A DNA stretch of 64,000 bases from Phoronis australis (lineage: Eukaryota > Animalia > Phoronida), in the NCBI GenBank assembly GCA_002633005.1, contig NMRA01000130.1:1-64000 (forward strand). Direction: 5' to 3'. Made by a program: the position numbers and the translations under genes. Every line of letters begins with the position of its first letter. Position 1 is the first letter of the stretch. The notes below the pieces were generated by a model that worked only from the letters and a program-made list of their open reading frames with translations, was not told the DNA's origin and ran no database searches. Positions 63,700-64,000 of this stretch are shown here, piece after piece.

Positions 63700-64000
63700 T
63701 TTCATTACTGGCCAACCTCAGCGTGTATATATTAGGTATTTTAGGGTTCATTCGTAAAAAATGCAAATTTCTGTTGATGTCAAAGCATTTTTTTAAATTC
63801 GACAAAGTAATAATGAGATAAATGGTATTTTTGAAAGAATGGGGTTAAATGAAAATATAAGTATTCATTTAGACCAATTTCCGTTATAAAATTGGTCTTA
63901 CGTTGTTCTTTTATTCAGATTTTACTGGTTTTAGGAACGATGGCCACTTCGTTCTTGCTCGAGTCCACGCAGTAACCATGTCTGACCCGGTGGTTCGTTT

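Overview
Intron-rich, AT-rich invertebrate animal genomic DNA with one assembly gap (4920-5576). I reconstructed three spliced genes by hand from GT-AG boundaries and exon phases. (1) The 5' end of a dual oxidase (DUOX) lies on the minus strand: four coding exons from 10143 to 2956 encode a signal peptide and the start of the peroxidase-homology domain, and the gene apparently continues off the left edge. (2, 3) Two complete, strongly diverged DUOX maturation factor (DUOXA/NIP) paralogs lie in tandem on the plus strand (31628-38387, 8 coding exons, 429 aa; 50556-62817, 8 coding exons, 418 aa). The result is a DUOX<- ->DUOXA-a ->DUOXA-b cluster. At the left edge, apparently inside a DUOX intron, an 816-bp tandem duplication carries a plus-strand terminal exon that the ORF track misses. 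It encodes an acidic spacer plus a 4-Cys peptide ending in an amidation signal (…CKTLCELNLGGNACRCHKPGLP-GK*), and all 4 differences between the two copies are synonymous. The rest is intronic or intergenic: several MITEs with 5-bp target-site duplications (TSDs), a decayed Tc1/mariner transposon, a Penelope-like terminus with a degenerate hammerhead-ribozyme core, palindromic elements and microsatellites. Family assignments come from remembered motifs; no database search was run.
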